Shown one piece after another: positions 56,718 through 64,000 of a DNA stretch of 64,000 nucleotides. The translations under genes were made by a program, and so were the position numbers. The stretch's first letter is position 1; every line of letters starts with the position of its first letter. Source of the DNA: Syntrophales bacterium (lineage in GTDB: Bacteria > Desulfobacterota > Syntrophia > Syntrophales > UBA2185); NCBI GenBank assembly GCA_052144335.1, contig JBKQQP010000026.1:135768-199767 (forward strand). The letters are read 5' to 3'. The notes below the pieces were generated by a model. It worked only from the letters and a program-made list of their open reading frames with translations. It was not told the origin of the DNA and did not search any database.

Positions 56718-57125
56718 ATGAATTTGAGAAATGATTATTTTAGAATGATACTAGTCATATGTTTTGGTCTCTTCCTTGCGTCTTGCGCAGTGCCCATGAT
56801 TGAAGGCCAAAAATGGCTGGATTCGAGGAACGATAGACCTGAAATAAATATTTCAGGTGTGTGGAGTTCTCCCGAATGGGGTATAGCAATATTCAAACAA
56901 GACGGGAAGAATATCACTGGAATGCTTGGCGATTATCCTGTAAAAGGCGTTGTCAGTGGGAACAGCGTATCTCTACTACTGTATCACACTGACGGTGTAC
57001 ATTATTTTGCAGAACTAAAAGCATTAGATGATAATACGTTGAACGGATTTTACTCCCTTAAATATGCGACTCTTGAGCAAAATAAAAAGCCAATGAGTCT
57101 TAGATTCATTTCTGCCCTGCGATGA
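56718..57125 (+). CDS. Small lipoprotein, unknown function
   Basis: Strong RBS GGAGG. Signal peptide with lipobox LFLASC. Confidence 0.6.
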   Translation: MNLRNDYFRMILVICFGLFLASCAVPMIEGQKWLDSRNDRPEINISGVWSSPEWGIAIFKQDGKNITGMLGDYPVKGVVSGNSVSLLLYHTDGVHYFAELKALDDNTLNGFYSLKYATLEQNKKPMSLRFISALR

Positions 57126-57300
57126 TCGCATTGGTGATAATTGTAGGCTTTCCATGATGCCTCCCTAGAAATGAAATTCATGGTCATCAGGGCGTATAAT
57201 GGAGTCACGCTCATGGCTGAGGTCTACCCCATAGGGATCAAAAATAGATTGGTTGGCATTCACGACCCTCAGATCTCTGAGAAAAAAGGGATCAGCTTCC

Positions 57301-57385
57301 GATGAATGAAGATCACATCTATGGAGCTTCCGAATACGCCTGGGACGCTTGTATCCAGACCTAATCCTGAAAGGAAAAACGGAGC
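57301..57385. repeat. Dispersed repeat, copy B
   Basis: See copy A. Same orientation. It lies about 130 nt from the 3' end of the IS1182-like transposase gene. Confidence 0.7.
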
Positions 57386-57491
57386 AACTGTCTGGAAAGA
57401 ATTTGTAATACAGGGATATGCTGCACGACTGAGGCTCGCAAGCGAAGGTGAGGCGAGAAACAAAATCGCCTAGGGACTCGCCAAGGTCTCA

Positions 57492-57518
57492 ATGGCTTGT
57501 TGCCGAAAGCCATTTTTT
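57492..57518 (+). terminator. Rho-independent terminator-like hairpin with T-tract
   Basis: ATGGCTT-gttgccga-AAGCCAT followed by TTTTTT (57513-57518). It abuts the stop codon of the minus-strand transposase. Confidence 0.45.
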
Positions 57519-59022
57519 ACGATCTGCATAGAGCAAGATAAAGATATCTTTGCACAGAGGGAAAAGGTGCTGTGCATAATTTATAAAAGGCTTCGCGAAT
57601 ATTCAAAAACAATGCATGGCGGCTGAAAGAAAGCTTCTTTGTTAAGGGTAATGCGAATGTCTTTGCAATACGCCGCTCTTTCCCGTAGGACAGAAGTGTC
57701 AAGATATTTTGTATGGCAGATATGAGGTATTCTTGGATACGGACGCTCCAGAGTCTTCGCCAACGCGCTCGCTTGAAGCTGTATCGTGTTGCGCGGGCAA
57801 ACGAACGTTCCATGAGATGCTGCCGGGTGTGTATATCATTTTTGGCTATGGATGATTGCGCAGCGTTTCGCATCCTGTCCAACTCTTCCTGAGGGCGATG
57901 TCTCTTGAGTGACCTGCCGTATTTTGAAGTCGTGCACTGGCTGACAAGATGGCGGGCAAGGCAAACCTTGGCCGCGCATTTATACTCAAACGCATCTCTT
58001 TGGGGGTTGTAATTTCTTTTCTTTAAATAATGACCGGCAGGACACAGGTAACTATCGGTTTTCGGATAATACCGGAAAGCCTCCTCGGTGAAGATGCCGC
58101 TGCGGTTATCTTTTTCTTGCTGGCTGCCGTTAAGGTCGGGGATGTGGGCATTTATACCCAGATCGCAGCAAGTGAGATAATTCTCAACGGTCCCGTATTT
58201 CGTATCCGCCGCAACCGTGTTGGCCGGCTTCTTCGTATTCTTCCGGTGCATTTCCAGGAGAGGCAATAAAAGATGGGCTTCATTGATCTCGCCCGGTGTC
58301 ACTTCTGTTGCGGTGATGATTTCTGATTGTCTATCTACGCTTCTGTGCGCTTTGTATTGGAGCTTCGATCCTCCCGAACCCTGGCGTGTTACGGATGCGT
58401 CAGGATCGGTGGTGGAGACATGGCAGAGATTGGCGCTGCCTGATTTTGGCTCATGGTCATCTTCAGATGAGGGATCCTTTTCTTCCAATCGCCTTTCAAG
58501 CTCATGAAAGCCTTGGACGAGATAGGGCTTTAAGGTCTCCCTTTTTATGACGGAATTATTGGATGCATAGGCCTGAATAAGACTCGAATCCATGAAAAGC
58601 TTTGTGCCATCTGCCAAACCGGCTTCGACACACTGCCAAACGATGCGCTCGAAGAAATTCTTAAACACGGAAAAACCCTAGCGGGCTCTCGCTTTGCTTA
58701 ATACGCTGTGATTGGAGATAATGCTGTCGAGATCATAGCCGAGGAACCATAGCCAGTCTAAACGAAGGGGAATGGTATTCATCAATTCCCGCTCGGATCG
58801 CACGTTATAGAGTATGAGAAGCAGTATCATCTTGAGAAGAACGGGAGGAGGAACTGAGACATTGCCGTTTTCTCCATAGCTGTCTCTAACTTCGTGATAG
58901 ATAAAATCGAAGTCTATCCTGCTTCTGATCCGTCGCAGAATATGATGCTCAGGGATTCGTTCTTCAAGATTGATATCGGGATAGAAAAGCTTCGGCTGAT
59001 AGCCGGATTGGTAACCCATCAT
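57517..59022 (-). pseudogene. IS1182-family (DUF772 N-terminal plus DDE) transposase gene interrupted by an in-frame TAG
   Basis: 58681-59022 encodes the InsH-N/DUF772-like domain (...LLKMILLLILYNVRSERELM...WFLGYDL...NHSVLSKARAR). A TAG lies at 58678-58680 in the same frame. GFSVFKNFFERIVWQCVEAGLADG... then continues to 57517. Total is about 500 codons. The position matches a Trp (KRWG) in relatives as I recall, suggesting TGG to TAG. Confidence 0.75.
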
Positions 59023-59336
59023 GTGCGATACTCCAAAAACATGTCGTTGCCAATCTTATAGATGGTACTTGTGATCTTTTCAAAGGTTATTTGGGTAACA
59101 GGCCGTCAAGACCTAACTTATAGGTTAGCAGTTGAAGCGCTGATAAATCATAAACAAGCCTTTCTATCTTCGGGGAAAACAGATCGCGGTGGCAAGACGC
59201 CTCACTTCGTTGAAAAGGAGATTATCAGTCAGAGACCATTCATTAAGGTAAGTCAACTGGGATGATCAACGCCATGTGTACCCATGTCCCGGACAAAGGA
59301 GTACATACGATCCGCTATCATTAGTTACTATAAGAA

Positions 59337-60704
59337 CTAATAATTCGGATTTTTACCGGTTAACAGATTTATGCCGTGCCTGTAACCATCGTTGAATGGA
59401 CTTTTAATTTTGCTGATTGAGAAAATAATAGTGGATTTGTCATCGGGTTTCAATGCTGCTTCCTTAATGGCTGCAGTCTTGCCAATAAGTTTCACACCGG
59501 CAAGATCGACACTGCTTTTTGATGTAAGTATGGCGATATCTGACTCAACGCTGCATCCGCTCAAATTCACGACGGAATCAATCGTCTTCACTCCAATGTC
59601 TTTTGATTTTATATAACTGCTTTCAATTGATACTATAGACTTCTCTATGTATATGTGCTTTGCACTTACATTTACAATCTGTGTAGAGTTGCTGTTTTTT
59701 ACTTCTATACGATCATAACCACCGGATATCACACAGTCTCTTCCTTCGCATATATATACTTTTTCACTTGTGAATGAAGGTTCTTTGATTTCCTTTCTCT
59801 TTACCGGAACCAAAAGCCAGTCCATAACTATCTTATTGAAGTCATCTGGACGTTCTTCCATAGGGCAATGTCCAAGCTCCGGCATGATTCTCAAATCTGA
59901 TTCGGCGACCATCCATTCCAGCAATCTCCCGGTGCGTAACGGTGTTACAGGGTCTTTCTCGCCCCATACCACGAGTACAGGCACTTTTATTTTATTGATG
60001 ATTTCGCTGAAATCGGTGTGGAGCAGGGTCATGTTGGCAATTTTCGTGGGATTTCCTCCATACAGTATTTTAATGAGAAGTTTAGATCGCAGCGTTTCGT
60101 CTATTTTTTCCGGCGTCAGGTCTTTGTCCATCTTATCGAGGCCTGAGATTATGAAGTTATTAATGACTGACGTCGGAGTATCGATTATATCAAAAAATTT
60201 ATTTGGTTTTACATTGATGAAGCTTTTAATGAATGCAGCGCGGTACAGTATCCCGGCTGCATCCACGACAATAAGACGTTCCAGATTTTCCGGATATGTG
60301 CCAGCATAATAAAGTGAAATTGCTCCGCCTAGTGAATGTCCTATGATAATTACTGGTCCAGTCGTGTATTTCTTAACGATCCAGTTAACGAAGGCAGAGA
60401 AGTTTGCGGGAGAATAGAGTTGGTTCCCCTCGCTTGAACGGGCCAGTCCCGGGAGGTCGAAGGCAACCACATGAAATTGCTTCTCAAGCTGCGGTATAAG
60501 GTTCATCCATATTCTGGCGCCTTCATCCCCGACTCCGTGTATCAGCACGACGCTCTTAGTATGTTGTTTGCCTGCTTCGTAAAGATAGATCTTCGAGCCA
60601 AATATGGGTTCATGCACAAATTCTTCCCTACTACCGGTATTCCCGTTTGCATCTGTTGAGAATAAAATGGAACAAGCCATTAATATTATTATTAGATTTT
60701 TCAT
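59337..60704 (-). CDS. Secreted alpha/beta hydrolase with C-terminal repetitive beta-rich domain
   Basis: Signal peptide MKNLIIILMACSILFS. The HGVGD oxyanion region and the nucleophile elbow GHSLGG are present. The C-terminal roughly 150 aa has repetitive V/I-x-S patterns. Start at 60704 fits the promoter immediately upstream. Confidence 0.75.
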   Translation of the reverse strand: MKNLIIILMACSILFSTDANGNTGSREEFVHEPIFGSKIYLYEAGKQHTKSVVLIHGVGDEGARIWMNLIPQLEKQFHVVAFDLPGLARSSEGNQLYSPANFSAFVNWIVKKYTTGPVIIIGHSLGGAISLYYAGTYPENLERLIVVDAAGILYRAAFIKSFINVKPNKFFDIIDTPTSVINNFIISGLDKMDKDLTPEKIDETLRSKLLIKILYGGNPTKIANMTLLHTDFSEIINKIKVPVLVVWGEKDPVTPLRTGRLLEWMVAESDLRIMPELGHCPMEERPDDFNKIVMDWLLVPVKRKEIKEPSFTSEKVYICEGRDCVISGGYDRIEVKNSNSTQIVNVSAKHIYIEKSIVSIESSYIKSKDIGVKTIDSVVNLSGCSVESDIAILTSKSSVDLAGVKLIGKTAAIKEAALKPDDKSTIIFSISKIKSPFNDGYRHGINLLTGKNPNY

Positions 60705-60731
60705 GATAATATGAACCTCAAGCTTTCTATA

Positions 60732-60761
60732 AGTATAAAGATAAAGTGAGCAATTTGTCAA
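60732..60761 (-). promoter_or_regulatory. Sigma70-type promoter for the hydrolase gene
   Basis: Minus strand: TTGACA (60756-60761), 18-nt spacer, TATACT (60732-60737), about 28 nt upstream of the ATG at 60704. Confidence 0.5.
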
Positions 60762-60783
60762 GGGAAGGGAGGGAAGGGAAGGG
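60762..60783 (+). other. G-quadruplex-forming motif (GGGAA-type run)
   Basis: GGGAAGGGAGGGAAGGGAAGGG has five G3 tracts with 1-2 nt loops. It lies directly upstream of the -35 box of the hydrolase promoter. Confidence 0.6.
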
Positions 60784-60940
60784 AACCCTCCGAATGAAGG
60801 TATTCGATATTTCCTCGATCAAGATCAAGGACATGCCTGTGATTCCATGCCGCATAATACCGGAAGCGATCACGAAGAGGAACACAAATACAGCGGTGTC
60901 AAAGTTAAAAACCGGAAGTAGCGTGGAAGGGGAAAGGTGG

Positions 60941-62662
60941 TCATGGCATTTGGATGTCAGGAAGAAAAGCTATCGCCCATGTACCGGGTCCCATGTGAGA
61001 GCCTGAAGTCAGAGACAGGGGATGTACAATAATCTGTGCTCTCGGATAGCGCATTGTCACCTCACTTCTGACCTCTTCCACCCAGGAAAGGTTATCCGAA
61101 TATTCCAGCATGATAAGAGCCTTATCCTGCGGCTGCAGGGCTCGTCCCAGGGCTTCCAGGGCGAAGTGCAACTGATCTTTCCGATTACGCACAAAGCCAA
61201 CCCTGCGAGCACCTTCGGCCATGGGGGTCACAATAGGTTTCATTCGGATCATATCACCGAATAAAGCGCCTGTTGTCGAGAGCCGACCTCCGGCAGCCAA
61301 ATATTTAAGGCAGTCAAGAAAGATATATTCCTCTGCCCGCGTTATGGCTTGTTTGGAGAATTCTATAACTTTTCCTGAATCATTGGCCTTGAGGGCATAA
61401 TCGGCCACAGAGAGGGCGATGAGCCCGAGACGTCCCGATGCCGTGCCGGTGTCTATGACCTTGAGGTGGTCTTCCGGATCATGTTCCCGCTTCCAATCCA
61501 TGACCACGCGGTAGTTCCCGGTGAATGCTGAACCGACGCACAAATAAAGCACACTCTTGTGACGACTCATAACACTTGCGTAGATTTGATGTCGCTCAAA
61601 GACGGAAGACTGGGCGGTCGATACCCGTGTGCCCGACCGCATGGCACCGTAGAGTTCCTCCGGCCTGAAATATGTCTCGGGCAGAGATCGTTCCCCGATG
61701 ATAATGTAGCTGTCCAGGAGGCTCATCCCCAATATCTTCGCCTCCCGCCTCGTTAGTGAACCGGCTGCATCGGTCATGATATGGATGACGGGTTCTCTGA
61801 CGGATTCGGCGAATGCAGAAGTTTGTTGATGCAGATCATCCTCAGCCCACTCGATTACCCGGCCAAGATGGATAAGCTTCCGGCGGGCATCCTTCCGGTC
61901 ATGTGTATGAAAGTGGACTTTCAGATAGGCATCCTTCTGGGTTACGATAAGGGATTCACAAAGAGAGGCAAGAGCCTGTGTAGCTTTTCTCACATCCGCC
62001 CCGCTGTGGAGAACTGTATCCACGCAATAACCAGCCTCCAGTTCTTCACTGTAGGCAGGCGAGACTTGAATTCCATCCCGAAATGTCTCTGTCACGTCAC
62101 GGAGGTGTATCCGGCCGCCTGTGAGGACATGGAAGAATCCCTCAAAATACAGGAACATGCCCAGAGCGCCCGCATCCACAACCCCGGCTTTTTGCAGCTT
62201 CGGCTGCTGGCTAATTGTATCCCGGACAGTATGCTCCAAGTGCATCAGGATTACTGCGATCTCCTCGTAATTGGATGAGGCGTCAAAGTCGGCAAGAGCC
62301 GCCGCGAGGGCATCGAAGAAGCTCAGCATCGTTCCCGGGCGGGGATCGTGCACAGCCTGCCAGGCGCGGTCACGGCCCAGCCGGACGGCATCGAAGAGGT
62401 CATCCATTGAGCTTGCATGGATGAAATATTGGAAGAACCAGGAGGCGATGTTTCCTGAATTCCCCCGTGCCGAGAGAAGGAGATCACGGGAGAGGGACTG
62501 CTTATCCCGGTCAGGCCGGCGGAGTGGCGCTAAACTTATGACAAGGTTACGTCCTGTATCCCCATCGGCAATGGGAAAGACATTGATCTGGTCAAGAATA
62601 TCCGACCAGGCCGAGAGGCGCTCAACGCCCGTGACAAGAGCCTGCCGGAAATCCTTCATCAT
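60941..62662 (-). CDS. DAK2 (DhaL/FakA-like) domain fused to a DegV (FakB-like fatty-acid-binding) domain
   Basis: The N-terminus INVFPIADGDTGRNL is the Dak2 signature. The C-terminal half is DegV-like: IHIMTDAAGSL, VSTAQSSVFE, YLCVGSAFTGNY, VIDTGTASGRLG, LDCLKYLAAGGRLS. Confidence 0.8.
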   Translation of the reverse strand: MMKDFRQALVTGVERLSAWSDILDQINVFPIADGDTGRNLVISLAPLRRPDRDKQSLSRDLLLSARGNSGNIASWFFQYFIHASSMDDLFDAVRLGRDRAWQAVHDPRPGTMLSFFDALAAALADFDASSNYEEIAVILMHLEHTVRDTISQQPKLQKAGVVDAGALGMFLYFEGFFHVLTGGRIHLRDVTETFRDGIQVSPAYSEELEAGYCVDTVLHSGADVRKATQALASLCESLIVTQKDAYLKVHFHTHDRKDARRKLIHLGRVIEWAEDDLHQQTSAFAESVREPVIHIMTDAAGSLTRREAKILGMSLLDSYIIIGERSLPETYFRPEELYGAMRSGTRVSTAQSSVFERHQIYASVMSRHKSVLYLCVGSAFTGNYRVVMDWKREHDPEDHLKVIDTGTASGRLGLIALSVADYALKANDSGKVIEFSKQAITRAEEYIFLDCLKYLAAGGRLSTTGALFGDMIRMKPIVTPMAEGARRVGFVRNRKDQLHFALEALGRALQPQDKALIMLEYSDNLSWVEEVRSEVTMRYPRAQIIVHPLSLTSGSHMGPGTWAIAFLPDIQMP

Positions 62663-62955
62663 GGCGCGAAACCAAGAGTCTGTTTCATCTCATGCCACTT
62701 AGGGGTTCTCATATTTTCCCTCGAAAGGGTCTGATTCGGCGATAGTAGTGGCAATGCGTTCGATGTCAGCATCCATCTCGCGGTCTTCCAGGACAGCCGC
62801 TGAAAGTGACCGAATTTGCCCGATAAGGGTAGCCAGCATGGGACGGGCATCGAGGTTCCCCCGGCTCTTGCAGCCCTGACTGGCAGCAAGAAGATGGGAG
62901 GAAGTATAACCGGTCCCTCGCCAATAATCACTTCTTCTGTTGTCCCTCGTTTCAT
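62659..62955 (-). CDS. Hypothetical 98-aa ORF translationally coupled at both ends (reading frame uncertain)
   Basis: ATGA overlaps occur with the upstream rSAM stop (62952-62955) and with the downstream DAK2-DegV start (62659-62662). The translated sequence is unusually W/R/P-rich. An alternative frame reads more protein-like (see findings). Confidence 0.35.
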   Translation of the reverse strand: MKRGTTEEVIIGEGPVILPPIFLLPVRAARAGGTSMPVPCWLPLSGKFGHFQRLSWKTARWMLTSNALPLLSPNQTLSRENMRTPKWHEMKQTLGFAP

Positions 62956-64000
62956 GACTGATCTCCGGTGCTCCCTTCCATTTTTCCGAACCGGCTATGC
63001 ATCAGTTCGCGTCGGCGGCCTCGGAACGTCCCGTCGGCCTTCTCCTTTTCCACCACCTTCTGCAAGAGCTTAAACATCTTGTAGCTCTGCGGTTCACTCT
63101 TATAAAATGCATCCCAGGCGTGTGTGTAAAGATCCTGGAGCTTCTCCGGTGTCATATTCTTTGGCTGGAACACTACCTTGTCCCCTGTATAATTGTTCCA
63201 GTCGTAGGAGATGATACGCCCTGCTTGGTACAGGTCGTCAAAGGCCTGAGTTTGAGGAAACGGTGTGAGGACGGTAAACTCTGCGAGGTCCAGATTAATT
63301 TTCGTGAGAAAATCAATGAGACGCCGGATGTCGTCCTCTGTATGGTTATCAAGTCCTAATAAGATCGTCCCCTCGACGGCGATGCCATGGTCATGGTAGC
63401 GCCTGATGCGGTCCCGGATATAGTCGGACGTATCGAAAATGGCTTGATAGACGTACCAGGCCCCTGCTTGGGCAGCCAGATCGAGGATCTCATCATCATC
63501 TTCGATAGGATGGCAGCACCATTTTTTCTTCATGGGAATCATTGCGGTAAACAACTCTCGCTCCCAGTCCTTGTCCTGGGCGAGGGAATTGTCCACGATG
63601 AATAGGCGGTTGTTATCTATTGTCTCCAGTTCCTCCGTCACCCGATCGATGGGGCGGGGGCGGAACTTCTTCCCTCCCAGAAAGGCTACGCAACATGGGT
63701 AGCAGTCGAAGCGGCATCCCCGCGATGCATGAACGAGATCCACCATCTCTACACCCCTGTAATAGTAATATTTCCTTTTTAATATGCTTCGTCTGGCAGT
63801 TCCGATAGATTCAGCGGAGGGAAAATCGGTCATGTAATCATATCGCTTATGGAGTCGGCCGTCTCTGAAATCACGAAATACGCCCTCCATTCTCCCTTCC
63901 GCTTCGCCGAGAAAGACGGCATCAGCATGTTGCATAGTTTCTTCGGAATGAAGCATCGTCGCGATGCCGCCGAAAATGACTTTGATACCCTTCTGCCTAT
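62952..64000 (-). CDS. B12-binding-domain radical SAM enzyme (5' end beyond the window)
   Basis: The reading frame stays open upstream of the first ATG to the window edge (...RQKGIKVIFGGIATMLHSEE = end of the B12-binding domain). Radical SAM motif SRGCRFDCYPC. C-terminal VLTPFPQT block. Confidence 0.85.
   Translation of the reverse strand, partial: RQKGIKVIFGGIATMLHSEETMQHADAVFLGEAEGRMEGVFRDFRDGRLHKRYDYMTDFPSAESIGTARRSILKRKYYYYRGVEMVDLVHASRGCRFDCYPCCVAFLGGKKFRPRPIDRVTEELETIDNNRLFIVDNSLAQDKDWERELFTAMIPMKKKWCCHPIEDDDEILDLAAQAGAWYVYQAIFDTSDYIRDRIRRYHDHGIAVEGTILLGLDNHTEDDIRRLIDFLTKINLDLAEFTVLTPFPQTQAFDDLYQAGRIISYDWNNYTGDKVVFQPKNMTPEKLQDLYTHAWDAFYKSEPQSYKMFKLLQKVVEKEKADGTFRGRRRELMHSRFGKMEGSTGDQS

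Noticed and set aside
54831-58680. Two in-frame TAG codons (54831 and 58678) as a hint of TAG recoding or pyrrolysine
   Set aside because: TAG is used as the genuine stop of many well-supported genes in this window (for example at 2994, 5118, 9476, 10380, 11232 and 12876). Both interrupted genes show other signs of decay or are mobile-element genes.
57439-59212. Possible terminal inverted repeats of the IS1182-like element (CAAGCGAAGGTGAGGCG at 57439-57455 versus CGCCTCACTTCGTTG at 59198-59212)
   Set aside because: The match needs two single-base gaps, and an 8-mer core match is expected by chance in this search space. Ends are left undefined.
1-64000. CRISPR arrays, rRNA genes, additional tRNAs
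   Set aside because: No regularly spaced direct repeats and no rRNA-like or additional cloverleaf-like sequences were noticed in the intergenic regions. A tRNAscan/Infernal run would be needed to be certain.

Overview
This 64-kb bacterial chromosomal window has four parts. The taxon cannot be proven from sequence. Moderate GC, rubredoxin, tRNA-Sec and many B12/radical-SAM genes suggest an anaerobe, possibly Desulfobacterota/Syntrophia-like. (1) 1-24.2 kb holds housekeeping and metal-homeostasis genes. These include tonB-like, nikR with an extremely His-rich small protein, GDP-mannose synthesis, maf, yggS, a flavin-reductase/rubredoxin fusion and copZ-copA. They also include a rhodanese, an MBL hydrolase, uvrA, two PPIase chaperones, mfd, moeA and a clear tRNA-Sec (selC). 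(2) 24.2-27.3 kb is a visibly AT-richer accessory patch directly after selC. It holds a Panacea-domain antitoxin with an unknown overlapping partner, and an IS110-family element bounded by a 14-nt perfect inverted repeat. (3) 31.0-55.9 kb is the main item. It is a single-strand, about 25-kb orphan type-II FAS/PKS-like lipid gene cluster with these intact genes:
- 1 FabH-like KAS III, 3 FabF-like KS and 1 KS-CLF fusion
- 4 ACPs, 2 hotdog thioesterases and 1 FabZ-like dehydratase
- 2 B12-radical-SAM and 2 paralogous radical-SAM enzymes
- a CrtI-like flavoenzyme, a GT2, a NodB deacetylase and an LpxL-like acyltransferase
- an MMPL exporter fused to a methyltransferase
- PlsC and PlsY
It has no ketoreductase, enoyl reductase or malonyl transferase, and it shows gene decay near its 3' end. 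(4) 56-64 kb holds a lipoprotein, an IS1182-like transposase killed by an in-frame TAG and an alpha/beta hydrolase. It also holds an operon of a B12-radical-SAM gene (cut by the window end), a small ambiguous ORF and a DAK2-DegV (FakA/FakB-like) fusion. All functional calls come from reading motifs in the supplied translations. No database search was run.
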